From NCBI GenBank assembly GCA_021817415.1, contig JAKAUZ010000084.1, forward strand, positions 17,221-81,220: DNA of 64,000 nucleotides, in the 5' to 3' direction. The DNA comes from Thermoplasmata archaeon. GTDB lineage: Archaea > Thermoplasmatota > Thermoplasmata > Thermoplasmatales > GCA-001856825. The notes under the pieces were generated by a model, which saw only the letters and a list, made by a program, of their open reading frames with translations, made no database searches and was not told the origin of the DNA. Shown in pieces: positions 34,614-43,874 of this stretch (the first letter of the stretch is position 1; each line of letters opens with the position of its first letter). Position numbers and translations under genes: made by a program.

Positions 34614-36904
34614 TGGTAACCAACCTTCCATTTGTTCCTGATTTTTTCAACGCTCAAGTCGAATATTCTTTCCTCTCCCCTCAAAGCTCTAAAATTCTCG
34701 GATGTGTAACCTAGTAACATTGCCTGAGACCCCATAATTTCCTCAAATCTCCTCTCACTTCCTTTGGCAACCTCGACCACAAATCTGGATTGTGTTTCCG
34801 AGAAGACCGTAACGTCTGCCCTCAGACTGAACGAAGAGAAGTCCAATTCCATCCCAATTCCAGAACCTATGGTCATCTCTGCCAGGGCAACAGCCATCCC
34901 GCCCTCAGATACGTCGTGTGAAGAAAGAATCAATTTCTCCTTTGCCGCCTCAAGGAATCTATTCTTTCTGTCCTTCAGGACGTTTGGGTCAGAATCTGGA
35001 ACTGGAGACCTCTTTATACCTAACATCCGGTAGTATAGGCTCCCCCCCATTTCATAAGCTGGAGGCCCAATTGCGTAAATGGGATTCCCGATTCCCTTCA
35101 AATCTGGGGTCAAACTATGATCCAATCGTTCAATCTTTCCAGTTATAAGAATTGTTGGAACAGTGGGAATTCTTGTCTTCCCGGTTTCATTATAAAATGA
35201 CACGTTACCGGATACATAGGGAATTTCAAGCACCGAAGCGGAATCTCTCAATCCCTGGAGCATCTGGACAAATTCACCCATAACCTCAGGTTTCTCAGGG
35301 TTGCCGGCATTTATGCAATCAGACATTGCAAGTGGCTCTGAACCCGATGATACGATATTCCTAACCGCCTCGTCAACTGCAGCTTTTGCGCCCCTGTATG
35401 GGTCCAGCCTGGAATAGAATGGATTGACTCCGTGTGAAATGGCAAGTCCCTCATTGTAATCCCAGGAGGGTCTGATTATGGAAGCGTCAGTGGGCCCCTC
35501 AATTGAGACTTTTCCTGAAAATGGTCCAATTACCGTACTCCCCCTGACTGTATGATCATACTGCCTCACTGCGAATTCTTTCGTCCTTATATTGGGGTCC
35601 TCCAGCATTTTTAACAGAATCTTGTTTAAATTACCGGGATATCTGGGTAAGGTTGTTTCAGCATTCTTCTTGACCTGTCGATAGCTTCTATAGTACAGGG
35701 GGGTTGAGGTAAGGAATTCGAGATCAAGATCCATCACAGCCTCTCCTTTGTAAAAAATCTTAAGGTGATCCCCGGCCTCACTTTCCCCGGCCTCACTTTC
35801 CCCAATGATGGCAGCCGTAACATCCCATTGATCCATTATATCCATGACGTCTTCAACATTCTTCTCCTCTACAGCCAGTAGCATCCTCTCCTGACTTTCC
35901 GAGATCCAAATTTCCCAGGGTCTCATGTTCATTTCCTTTAAGGGGACTCTGTCAAGATAGATACTTCCCCCCACGTTTCCGGCAAGGAGCATCTCTCCAA
36001 TGACACTGCTGAGCCCGCCGCCTCCAAGATCTTTCAGTGCTGAAATTAACCCACGGTCATTTGCTTCAAGAACAGCGTGAATGAGAGGTTCCTTAACAAT
36101 GGGGTTTCCCAATTGGACCGTGGTGGCATCCTCCTTCCCTTTCTCTATGACGGAAGAGGCCATGTTCACACCGTGTATGCCATCTCTTCCAGTTTTCCCA
36201 CCTGCAATAATCAGTTTGATCCCAGGCTTGCTTACGGATGATCCAAGTACTTTATCCTTCTCAACAATCCCCACGCATCCTACGTTCACCAGCACGTTGG
36301 GTACAAAATCATTGGAATAGAATATTCCTCCTGATACTGTAGGAATTCCGACTCTGTTCCCGTAATCCCTGATACCTGCTACCACTCCTTCCTCAATGAA
36401 TCTAGGGGACGGGAAACCCTTTTTACTTCTTTTACCAAAAAACAGCACATCAGAGACTGCCACCGGTTGCGCACCCATGCTCAGTATGTCCCTCAGAATT
36501 CCACCTACCCCGGTTGCTGCACCCCCATAAGGTTCAATTGCTGAAGGATGGTTGTGGCTCTCTATTTTCAATGCGACTGCGAGCTTATCATTGAAACTGA
36601 CAAGTCCTGCATCCCCCTGATAGAAAATCTTCTCCTTGGCAAGTCCAAAAATGAACTTCTTCAGATAATTCCTTGAACTCTTATATCCGCTGTGCTCGCT
36701 CCAGGCTTGGGCAAGTGATTGCAGTTCCAGTTCAGTAGGCTCCCTATTCAGGTTGGTGAAATATGTCTTTATCCTCAGCATCTCTTCCAGTGAGAGCCCA
36801 AGGTGCATCCTGGAGTTGATTTCGCTCAGTTCTTCATCATTCAGTTCCGTATAACGCATAGCTCCTGTGAGGTCAGTCTTCATCAAATTCCACCTTACAG
36901 TCAT
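34610..36904 (-). CDS. purL: phosphoribosylformylglycinamidine synthase subunit PurL
   Basis: 764 aa. Motifs are WSEHSGYKS, IESHNHPS, GGAATGVGGILRD and ISESQERM. The true start may be an internal Met (36883 or 36859), because the annotated start overlaps purS. Confidence 0.95.
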   Translation of the reverse strand: MTVRWNLMKTDLTGAMRYTELNDEELSEINSRMHLGLSLEEMLRIKTYFTNLNREPTELELQSLAQAWSEHSGYKSSRNYLKKFIFGLAKEKIFYQGDAGLVSFNDKLAVALKIESHNHPSAIEPYGGAATGVGGILRDILSMGAQPVAVSDVLFFGKRSKKGFPSPRFIEEGVVAGIRDYGNRVGIPTVSGGIFYSNDFVPNVLVNVGCVGIVEKDKVLGSSVSKPGIKLIIAGGKTGRDGIHGVNMASSVIEKGKEDATTVQLGNPIVKEPLIHAVLEANDRGLISALKDLGGGGLSSVIGEMLLAGNVGGSIYLDRVPLKEMNMRPWEIWISESQERMLLAVEEKNVEDVMDIMDQWDVTAAIIGESEAGESEAGDHLKIFYKGEAVMDLDLEFLTSTPLYYRSYRQVKKNAETTLPRYPGNLNKILLKMLEDPNIRTKEFAVRQYDHTVRGSTVIGPFSGKVSIEGPTDASIIRPSWDYNEGLAISHGVNPFYSRLDPYRGAKAAVDEAVRNIVSSGSEPLAMSDCINAGNPEKPEVMGEFVQMLQGLRDSASVLEIPYVSGNVSFYNETGKTRIPTVPTILITGKIERLDHSLTPDLKGIGNPIYAIGPPAYEMGGSLYYRMLGIKRSPVPDSDPNVLKDRKNRFLEAAKEKLILSSHDVSEGGMAVALAEMTIGSGIGMELDFSSFSLRADVTVFSETQSRFVVEVAKGSERRFEEIMGSQAMLLGYTSENFRALRGEERIFDLSVEKIRNKWKVGYQ
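35770..35803. repeat. perfect 15-bp tandem duplication inside purL
   Basis: CCCCGGCCTCACTTT occurs at 35770-35784 and again at 35785-35799, followed by CCCC. It encodes GESEA-GESEA in the protein (IGESEAGESEAGD). Confidence 0.9.
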
Positions 36905-37109
36905 TGATTACAGGATTTGAAAGGAGTTTGGAGCAGAACTCCTCTCCCTCGCTCAGGTCTCCCCCTTTCAATTTAATTCTATAAACCTTACCTGTTCTCA
37001 CTTCATCAACATTTTTGTACCCAAGAAGCTTCAATGCCTTCGCTACAGACTGCCCCTCGGCATCCTCCACTGAGCCTTTCAGGGTGACTGTAATCCTCAG
37101 CTTAGCCAT
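36873..37109 (-). CDS. purS: phosphoribosylformylglycinamidine synthase subunit PurS
   Basis: 78 aa: MAKLRITVTLKGSVEDAEGQSVAKALKLLGY... The gene order purS-purL-purQ supports the call. Confidence 0.85.
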   Translation of the reverse strand: MAKLRITVTLKGSVEDAEGQSVAKALKLLGYKNVDEVRTGKVYRIKLKGGDLSEGEEFCSKLLSNPVINDCKVEFDED

Positions 37110-37204
37110 GAGAGTGAATTATTTCTGAATAATTAAAGATAGCATTAGACATCCCATTTTCATCAAGGTAAGATTAAGCGCATGTGAAAATTGCTAAATA
37201 TGCA

Positions 37205-39178
37205 CTAGCTGTATTTCACCACCAGATCCCTGAAAATATCAGACACATCTTCACATTTGTCCGTCACTATTTCCATGTACTCGTATAGCTCCTTGAACTT
37301 GACCATTTTGACAGAGTCCTTGAAGTCAAGAACAGTCACAAGCGAATGGGCGAGAACATCATCTGCCTCATTCTCCAATTCATTGATCTTTATGCATCCA
37401 TCAATTATAGAATTGAAATCAGCCTCTTCAAAACTTGCAAAGTACTTGAGAGTCTTGTTGACCTCGTCTACCGAGTCTTTTACAATGTGTGCGAACTCGA
37501 CCATCTCCTCTGTTTTCTCCACCTTGAATAATACAATTCTTTTTGCAACCGCATTGATAAAATCCAGTATGTCATCGTATCTAGTCGCAAGGTTGCCCAC
37601 GTCAACGGACTCCATAGGTTTATTCATGTAATTTACTCTTGTATATATCTGGTGCACTATGCTGTCTGCTTCGTGCTCCAGTTCCTTAATTCTGGTTCCT
37701 CTTACCTCAAGGTTGTCGTATTTCTCCACCATTTCCACCAGTTCCGAAGCAGCAAGGGCAACCTTTTCGCTAAGACTATCGAGGTATTTTGAAAACTCAA
37801 GGAAGGGAGTTGAAGATTCCTCGAGTGTGAGTCCTTTAGCCTCCACTCCCAGAACCGCAGTAAATGCGAATCCAGCAAACATGAATACTGCGACAAAGAG
37901 GAATGTAAATTCAAATCCTTTTGTAGCGACAAGCACGGGGAAGAAGAAAGTCCCAAAAACAGCTCCCAGCCTGCTTATGGCCGAAGCACTCCCCTGGGCA
38001 GTCGCCCTCAGCCGTGTGGGAAATATCTCTGTCGGTATAATCCAGGTAGTCGTATTTGGTCCTGCATTTTCATAGAGAAGAAACACTGCAAGCATTGCCA
38101 TCACCAGAGGAAGGCCCGAGTAAAAGCCAAAACCAAGGATGAGCAAGGCTGCGGTCATGCCAAGGAATCCAAGTTCCTGCAGCCGAATTCTTCCCACCTT
38201 CTCAATGATCAGGAGTGCAATTGCAAAACCTACCAGGGTAAAGACGTCAAGAATAACGGTACCAAGGATGGCATTTATCTTGGCTATGAAACTGTTGCCT
38301 CCGAATCCTATTTTGAATAGTATGAATGGAATCGATATTCCGACTCCGTATACCCCGACGTCCATGAAGAACCACGGTATCCATGCGAACATCGTTCTCC
38401 TTCTCAGTTTCGGCGAAAGCAGTTCGGCAACCCTCCCCTTCCTCTCTGGAACTACCAGCGAGAGGTCCTTGGAATAATCAAGATCGTACTTTTTCTTTAT
38501 TTCCGCAATAATTTCATCCGCTTTCTCCTTCTGGTTGTTGCTGAGCAACCACCTAGGCGATTCCGGCATGCTGTGTCTCAGCAGGAGAACTATGAATGCA
38601 GGAACCACTCCTGACGCAAGCATCAACCTCCAGGAATCTATTGCGTGCCCAAATATCACAATATATTCATACCTGCCAAAAGTAAATCCAATAATTGCAG
38701 CAATTATTGCCCCAATTCCCCAGAACGAGAAGGTTGCTGTGGTCATTTTCCCCCTAATTTTCTTTGGAGAGAACTCAGATACATAAGTGGAAGAGAGCGG
38801 ATAATCTGCTCCTATCCCTATCCCAAGTAGAAATCTGAAAGCAATAAGTTCAATTATATTTGTTGACATCGCAGTGAGCAGACCGAAAAAAACGAAGAAA
38901 ACCAGATCTATAACGTAAAGCGTTCTTCTCCCAATCTTGTCTGCATAATTACCAACGATCAGGGCCCCAAGAAACATTCCTGCTAAGGCCGAGGAATTCA
39001 GAAGACCGATCTCAACACTTCCAAGGAAACTTCCCTTCGAAAGCCAGTTTTGAGTCTCTATGAAAATCATTGCCACAGAAATAATGAATAGATCGTATCC
39101 ATCGAGAAAAACTCCGGCGGAAGATAAGGAAACAACCTTGCGGATAAATCTGTTCTGTTTAGCTGATAGATCTTCCAT
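37205..39178 (-). CDS. MFS transporter (sugar-porter/phosphate:H+ symporter-like) fused to a C-terminal DUF47 (PhoU-like) domain
   Basis: 657 aa. MFS signatures are ADKIGRRTLYV and PESPRWL across about 12 TM. The cytoplasmic tail of about 190 aa carries paired DUF47-type repeats: IKELEHEADSI..YDDILDFI and INELENEADDV..IVTDKCEDV. Confidence 0.7.
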   Translation of the reverse strand: MEDLSAKQNRFIRKVVSLSSAGVFLDGYDLFIISVAMIFIETQNWLSKGSFLGSVEIGLLNSSALAGMFLGALIVGNYADKIGRRTLYVIDLVFFVFFGLLTAMSTNIIELIAFRFLLGIGIGADYPLSSTYVSEFSPKKIRGKMTTATFSFWGIGAIIAAIIGFTFGRYEYIVIFGHAIDSWRLMLASGVVPAFIVLLLRHSMPESPRWLLSNNQKEKADEIIAEIKKKYDLDYSKDLSLVVPERKGRVAELLSPKLRRRTMFAWIPWFFMDVGVYGVGISIPFILFKIGFGGNSFIAKINAILGTVILDVFTLVGFAIALLIIEKVGRIRLQELGFLGMTAALLILGFGFYSGLPLVMAMLAVFLLYENAGPNTTTWIIPTEIFPTRLRATAQGSASAISRLGAVFGTFFFPVLVATKGFEFTFLFVAVFMFAGFAFTAVLGVEAKGLTLEESSTPFLEFSKYLDSLSEKVALAASELVEMVEKYDNLEVRGTRIKELEHEADSIVHQIYTRVNYMNKPMESVDVGNLATRYDDILDFINAVAKRIVLFKVEKTEEMVEFAHIVKDSVDEVNKTLKYFASFEEADFNSIIDGCIKINELENEADDVLAHSLVTVLDFKDSVKMVKFKELYEYMEIVTDKCEDVSDIFRDLVVKYS

Positions 39179-39364
39179 CCATCGGCTATGATTTCAATAC
39201 TTAATTAGATTGTGATTCCCGCAATACGTAAATCCATGATAATCTAGTGACAAATATTTCCAGTTTGGAACCTCGTCAACTCTCTCTCTTCCAAAATGTT
39301 GGTTGTATAAGATTGTCACTTCCGGGGAAAATAGATTATGTGGAAATTAAAAAATTAAAATCAA

Positions 39365-39955
39365 TCAGGACACTATAAATTGCCCGTACATTCCCTCCTG
39401 GGCATGGCCCGGATAGGTACAGATGTACCAGTAGTTGCCCTGCTCATTAAAGGTGAAAGTCGAGTTTTCGTAAGGGTATTCCCCATTTCCAGTGTATGGT
39501 TTGAGGAACGATGAGCCCATAATTGAACTTCCATAAGACATTCCAGAGCCCCCCATCATTGCCATGTATGAATATGGTGGACCCCTGGCGGTTATCACAA
39601 AATTGTGTTCCATGTCGTCCATGTTCACAAGTACAAATCTTATTGTTATTCCCTGTTTTGCAATTATAACTGGATTCACAAGTCCGTACATTACGAAGTA
39701 TTCCCTGGTAGAATTCCCCGCCATTCCCATGGGCGGGGAGAATTCCACCACAACATCTGAACTCCCGTTCACATAGATCGTGTTTGACGCATTCACAATT
39801 CTTATTAAAGGCGGAGGAATATTCAGTGCATTCAAGGATTCCTGGCTCAGATAACCGCCCCTTTCGTTCTCCGTAATGAAAATATATGATCCTATCCCTA
39901 CCACAAGAATTGTGGCAGTAAGAAAAACAGAGAGGAATACATAAAAAGTCTTCAT
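39365..39955 (-). CDS. membrane-anchored type-1 copper (cupredoxin) protein, sulfocyanin-like
   Basis: N-terminal TM, then His in MEHNFV, then the C-terminal ligand set CTYPGHAQEGM (Cys-x3-His-x4-Met). The overlapping 172-aa ORF 39447-39965 in another frame is judged spurious. Confidence 0.7.
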   Translation of the reverse strand: MKTFYVFLSVFLTATILVVGIGSYIFITENERGGYLSQESLNALNIPPPLIRIVNASNTIYVNGSSDVVVEFSPPMGMAGNSTREYFVMYGLVNPVIIAKQGITIRFVLVNMDDMEHNFVITARGPPYSYMAMMGGSGMSYGSSIMGSSFLKPYTGNGEYPYENSTFTFNEQGNYWYICTYPGHAQEGMYGQFIVS

Positions 39956-39961
39956 TGCCCA

Positions 39962-40339
39962 TCACCTTCTCTGGATATCATTCCTCATCTGTTCATATTG
40001 GTCTTTCGAAATCTCTCCTCTGGCATACCTCGCATTGAGGATCTCCAGAGCTGAGTTTCCTGCTTCACCCGTTTCATAGTGCCAGTGGTGATAGTCATGG
40101 TCAGATGCCACGCTGACTATCCAGTAGATGAATATAAAGAAGAGTATGATTGGTATAATCATGAAAAGACCTCCAAAGATCCACATTCCAGTTCCCGCTC
40201 CCATCATACCATAACCATATCCGGTTATTCCGTACCTGGCACCAAACAGCACTGAAAGTATCGCGGCAGCAACAACCAGCGCCATTATCACTGCTAGGAA
40301 TATCCAGAATATCGACATAAAGCCATTTCTGTATCTCAT
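39962..40339 (-). CDS. membrane protein with a C-terminal SHOCT domain
   Basis: Gly/Met-rich TM region, then LEILNARYARGEISKDQYEQMRNDI (the SHOCT pattern). Confidence 0.65.
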   Translation of the reverse strand: MRYRNGFMSIFWIFLAVIMALVVAAAILSVLFGARYGITGYGYGMMGAGTGMWIFGGLFMIIPIILFFIFIYWIVSVASDHDYHHWHYETGEAGNSALEILNARYARGEISKDQYEQMRNDIQRR

Positions 40340-40415
40340 TCTAATTACCTCATAACTTTCAATGATGAAATTCCTTATAAAGTTTCATTGAAATCAATTT
40401 CAGAAATGTGAAATA

Positions 40416-40991
40416 TCAACGTGAAACTCGTTTCAGAATCACGTTATTCGTTGAGCCATGCCTCACTTTTTCCACGATCCCTTTCTTCTCAAGCCTGTCC
40501 ACGATGCGTGACACAGTTGGCCTGGACATTCCTTCAAAGCCCACAAGATCCCTCTGCAGTACTGATCCCCCGGAATCCACGAGCAGTTCGTAAATTCTCC
40601 TCTCTCCATCATCTAGGAACTTCATTATCTCCTCATCAGCTACTTTTGGGTTCTGATTTATGGGCTGTCCCACCTGTCTGAGTTTAGTGAATTCCCTAGC
40701 CAGAATTCTCACATTCTTTTCCAAAAAGATTATCGAGACAACAAGTAGAACCACTGAGAGCAAAAACCCAGTCACCAGAGGGAAATCCATTTCGTTCCTG
40801 AACGCAAACAGTGAAAGAGGATTGAATTTATATGCAATTGGTATTATTAATATAATGATAAGTATAAGCATGGTTGCAGCAAGTACAATGGTTGCACTCA
40901 GTATTGTGGTTATGAGTGTCTTGTAGGTGTTCCTCTCATATTCCTCTCCCTGGTCCTTTGAAGTCTCAACTCCTGAATTATCTCTCTGCAT
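40416..40991 (-). CDS. membrane-anchored winged-helix (MarR/TrmB-like) transcription regulator
   Basis: Two TM helices, then ERRIYELLVDSGGSVLQRDLVGFEGMSRPTVSRIVDRLEKKGIVEK. Confidence 0.65.
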   Translation of the reverse strand: MQRDNSGVETSKDQGEEYERNTYKTLITTILSATIVLAATMLILIIILIIPIAYKFNPLSLFAFRNEMDFPLVTGFLLSVVLLVVSIIFLEKNVRILAREFTKLRQVGQPINQNPKVADEEIMKFLDDGERRIYELLVDSGGSVLQRDLVGFEGMSRPTVSRIVDRLEKKGIVEKVRHGSTNNVILKRVSR

Positions 40992-41248
40992 CTGTTCTAA
41001 TCTGGGAACATTAAGTCATATAAAAGAATGTCATTGGAGAGACTAACTATTATTCGACGGACAGTAGGGTCCACTATGTGAACTCCATAAATGTTACTGC
41101 AGAATTTCATTTATCATTTTGTAATGCTCGTCTTCCCCTTGTATGGAACCATCATGTATGATAAGTCGGTTCTTTGAACCGATGGAATTAAAAGGCCGTA
41201 CTCGACAGATGGTTTTTTAAACATCAGGCTATATCAAATGACAAGATA

Positions 41249-43084
41249 ATGCCATTATTAGGCGGGAAATATAAGGAAAGATATCAAAACATCCTTAACA
41301 AAAGCTATCTTGCTAAATGGGTGGTCATAGGCATCCTGATAGGTACTGTAGCGGGGGTCGGCTCGACCTTCTTCTATTACCTGATACAATTTGTCACTGA
41401 CAACTTCCTTGGCAGAATTACAGGTTATTACCCCCCGAATCCAGCAGGAGAAATTGTTTCTCCACTGAGTTTAAGCCCTCACTACTACCTCATACCAATT
41501 TCAACAATGCTGGGTGGTCTGGTTGTAGGCATCATCATCTATTTCCTTGCCCCTGAGGCTGAGGGCCACGGTACTGACGCAGCAATTGATTCATTCCATA
41601 ACAAAAATGGGTATATCAGGAAGAGGGTACCGATTGTGAAGATGATTGCCTCAGCAATCACAATTGGCTCAGGAGGAAGCGCAGGAAGGGAAGGACCAAC
41701 CGCGCAAATATCCGCGGGGTTTGGGTCATTCCTTGGGTCGGTATTTGGGCTATCCTCTAGGGACAGGAGGATTGCAGTTGCGGCTGGTATAGGAGCAGGT
41801 ATCGGATCCATCTTTAAGTCGCCTTTCGGAGGCGCGATTCTAAGCGCAGAAATCCTATACAGTGGAGGAGATATGGAGGTTGAGGCAATGATTCCTGCCT
41901 TCATAGCTTCTCCTGTGGGTTATGTCATTTTTGCTTCAATGACGAATTTCTCCCCAATTTTTGGTACCGGTGTCAGGTACACATTCTCCAGTCCCATAAA
42001 TTTGCTTATATACGCCCTGTTAGGGCTAATAGCCGGTGGCGTAGGGAGGGTCTATACCTACTCATTCTACAAGACCAAGGAACTTTTCTCAAGATTGAAA
42101 CTGAAAAAATTCCTCATTCCTATGATAGGCGGGGGACTTTCCGGAGTAATTTCAATTTTCTTCCCCGAGGTAACTGGAATGGGCTATGGATACATCCAGT
42201 TCCTTATAGACGGAAAAATAGACCTTGTAGGGACTGAATACATACTACTTCCGACGCTGGCTATTCTCGTTTCTGTGGTTTTCCTTAAAATTATGGCAAC
42301 TTCATTTACGGTCGGGTCAGGGGGGAGTGGAGGGGTATTTGCACCTTCTTTAGTAATCGGTGGATTCACCGGGGCCAGCCTCTGGGTCGTGCTTCATGCA
42401 CTTGCACCAAACATGATAGTTGAATCAGCCCCGCTCGTCATTGTGGGAATGATGGCCCTTTTTGCTGGGGTCGGGAGAACACCAATTGCAGTAATACTGA
42501 TGGTCAGCGAAATGACTGGAACCCTTAACCTCATGATACCTGCGATGGTAGCGGTCGTGATCTCTTACTATATCGTCGGACCCAACCATTCCATATACAG
42601 GAGCCAGGTTAGGACAAGAGCAGACTCTCCTGCACATAGGGGGGAATACAGTGTTCCAGTACTGGCTAGAGTAAAGGTCGAGGAGGTAATGACGAGAAAC
42701 CCGGTCTGCATACAGCCTTCAACTTCTGTTGCTGAGGCAGCCAGGATCATTGGGAACAAGGACATAAAGGGCCTCCCGGTTTGCGTCGACGGTAAATTGG
42801 TTGGAATAGTGGTCAAATCAGATCTGATGAGTGTGAGTACTTCAGACAAGGAATCATATTCAGTGTCAAAGGTCATGACCAGGAACGTGATAACCTCCAC
42901 TTCTTCAGATTCCCTTTTGTCGATTCTGAAAAAGATGACAATTCACGGGATCGGCAGGATACCGGTCATTTCGGATGATGGAGGGAGAGTGGTTGGCATA
43001 GTGTCAAGGGGAGATCTCTATAAGGCTTACGAGAAATTTGAGAGGGACAGTCAAGAAGAAAGAAGGACCAAGGAACTATCGTAA
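41249..43084 (+). CDS. ClC-family chloride channel/transporter with tandem C-terminal CBS domains
   Basis: GSGGSAGREGP, GIGSIFKSPFGGA and GSGGSGGVFAPS, followed by two CBS-like repeats (VEEVMTRNPV... and VSKVMTRNVI...). Confidence 0.9.
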   Translation: MPLLGGKYKERYQNILNKSYLAKWVVIGILIGTVAGVGSTFFYYLIQFVTDNFLGRITGYYPPNPAGEIVSPLSLSPHYYLIPISTMLGGLVVGIIIYFLAPEAEGHGTDAAIDSFHNKNGYIRKRVPIVKMIASAITIGSGGSAGREGPTAQISAGFGSFLGSVFGLSSRDRRIAVAAGIGAGIGSIFKSPFGGAILSAEILYSGGDMEVEAMIPAFIASPVGYVIFASMTNFSPIFGTGVRYTFSSPINLLIYALLGLIAGGVGRVYTYSFYKTKELFSRLKLKKFLIPMIGGGLSGVISIFFPEVTGMGYGYIQFLIDGKIDLVGTEYILLPTLAILVSVVFLKIMATSFTVGSGGSGGVFAPSLVIGGFTGASLWVVLHALAPNMIVESAPLVIVGMMALFAGVGRTPIAVILMVSEMTGTLNLMIPAMVAVVISYYIVGPNHSIYRSQVRTRADSPAHRGEYSVPVLARVKVEEVMTRNPVCIQPSTSVAEAARIIGNKDIKGLPVCVDGKLVGIVVKSDLMSVSTSDKESYSVSKVMTRNVITSTSSDSLLSILKKMTIHGIGRIPVISDDGGRVVGIVSRGDLYKAYEKFERDSQEERRTKELS

Positions 43085-43379
43085 ACCAGTGAGTTCCACT
43101 AGGTATTTCAACTCGCTTTAACCAGGAGGGACGGCAGCGACCAGCGCTTCCATTATCACGTAACCCCTGGAGTCAACTTCATTTGAGAAATGCGATCATG
43201 AATAAGTTTCTAGGGGCATCAAAAAGAGTCAATTCTTTTTATCTCCGGAAAATTATGTGGGTCAATAAAAAAGAGAAGCATTCCAGATCCAAATATTGAT
43301 GGGGAATAAATGGAACTTAAGCACGCTTTCAACACTAGGAAACATATTAATAGTTGCGCAAATATGTCGAATCCGACCT

Positions 43380-43874
43380 ATGACCTCTCATTACAGGATC
43401 CCGATAATTCATATACTCAGGAATGGCAAGAGAAGCCTCTACGAGTTATCTAAACTTCTTGCGTTCGACGGGAAGCGGATGTCAAACGGAACTCTGGTGC
43501 CAATTCTAAGGGAGATGGAAGCAGAGGGGCTCATCACACAGGAAGCAGACGGAAGGAAAAAATATTACCACCTGACAGAGAAGGGAGTAGAATTACACCT
43601 ATCGCTCGAGAAGGTAAAAAAATCACTTTCCGCTCATCTGATGAACGCATCAGTCAGATACGAATTGATGGACAGAAGCGAGGAAACTTCTGCGTTCTGG
43701 ACGAGGCCCGATTTCTTGGGTTCAGTGGAGAAAGCTCAGAGGATCCTGGGTGAGGATTGGGCTGCTCTCATTGTATACATAATAAGACTGGCAACTGATG
43801 GAGATGACGAAGGTCTCATTAAGCTGAAAAGAGGGATCAGGGAACTATTGGAGGAGGGAAGAAATGGCCATTAA
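43380..43874 (+). CDS. PadR-like winged-helix transcription regulator
   Basis: IIHILRNGKRSLYELSKLL...SNGTLVPILREMEAEGLITQEADGRKKYYHLTEKG. The ATG at 43380 is preferred over the ORF-track start at 43296. It overlaps the next gene by 11 nt. Confidence 0.6.
   Translation: MTSHYRIPIIHILRNGKRSLYELSKLLAFDGKRMSNGTLVPILREMEAEGLITQEADGRKKYYHLTEKGVELHLSLEKVKKSLSAHLMNASVRYELMDRSEETSAFWTRPDFLGSVEKAQRILGEDWAALIVYIIRLATDGDDEGLIKLKRGIRELLEEGRNGH

Noticed and set aside
39447-39965. 172-aa minus-strand ORF overlapping the cupredoxin gene in another frame
   Set aside because: It has an odd Cys/His/Gly-rich composition and no motif. The alternative frame (39365-39955) encodes a clear type-1 copper site and an N-terminal TM helix.
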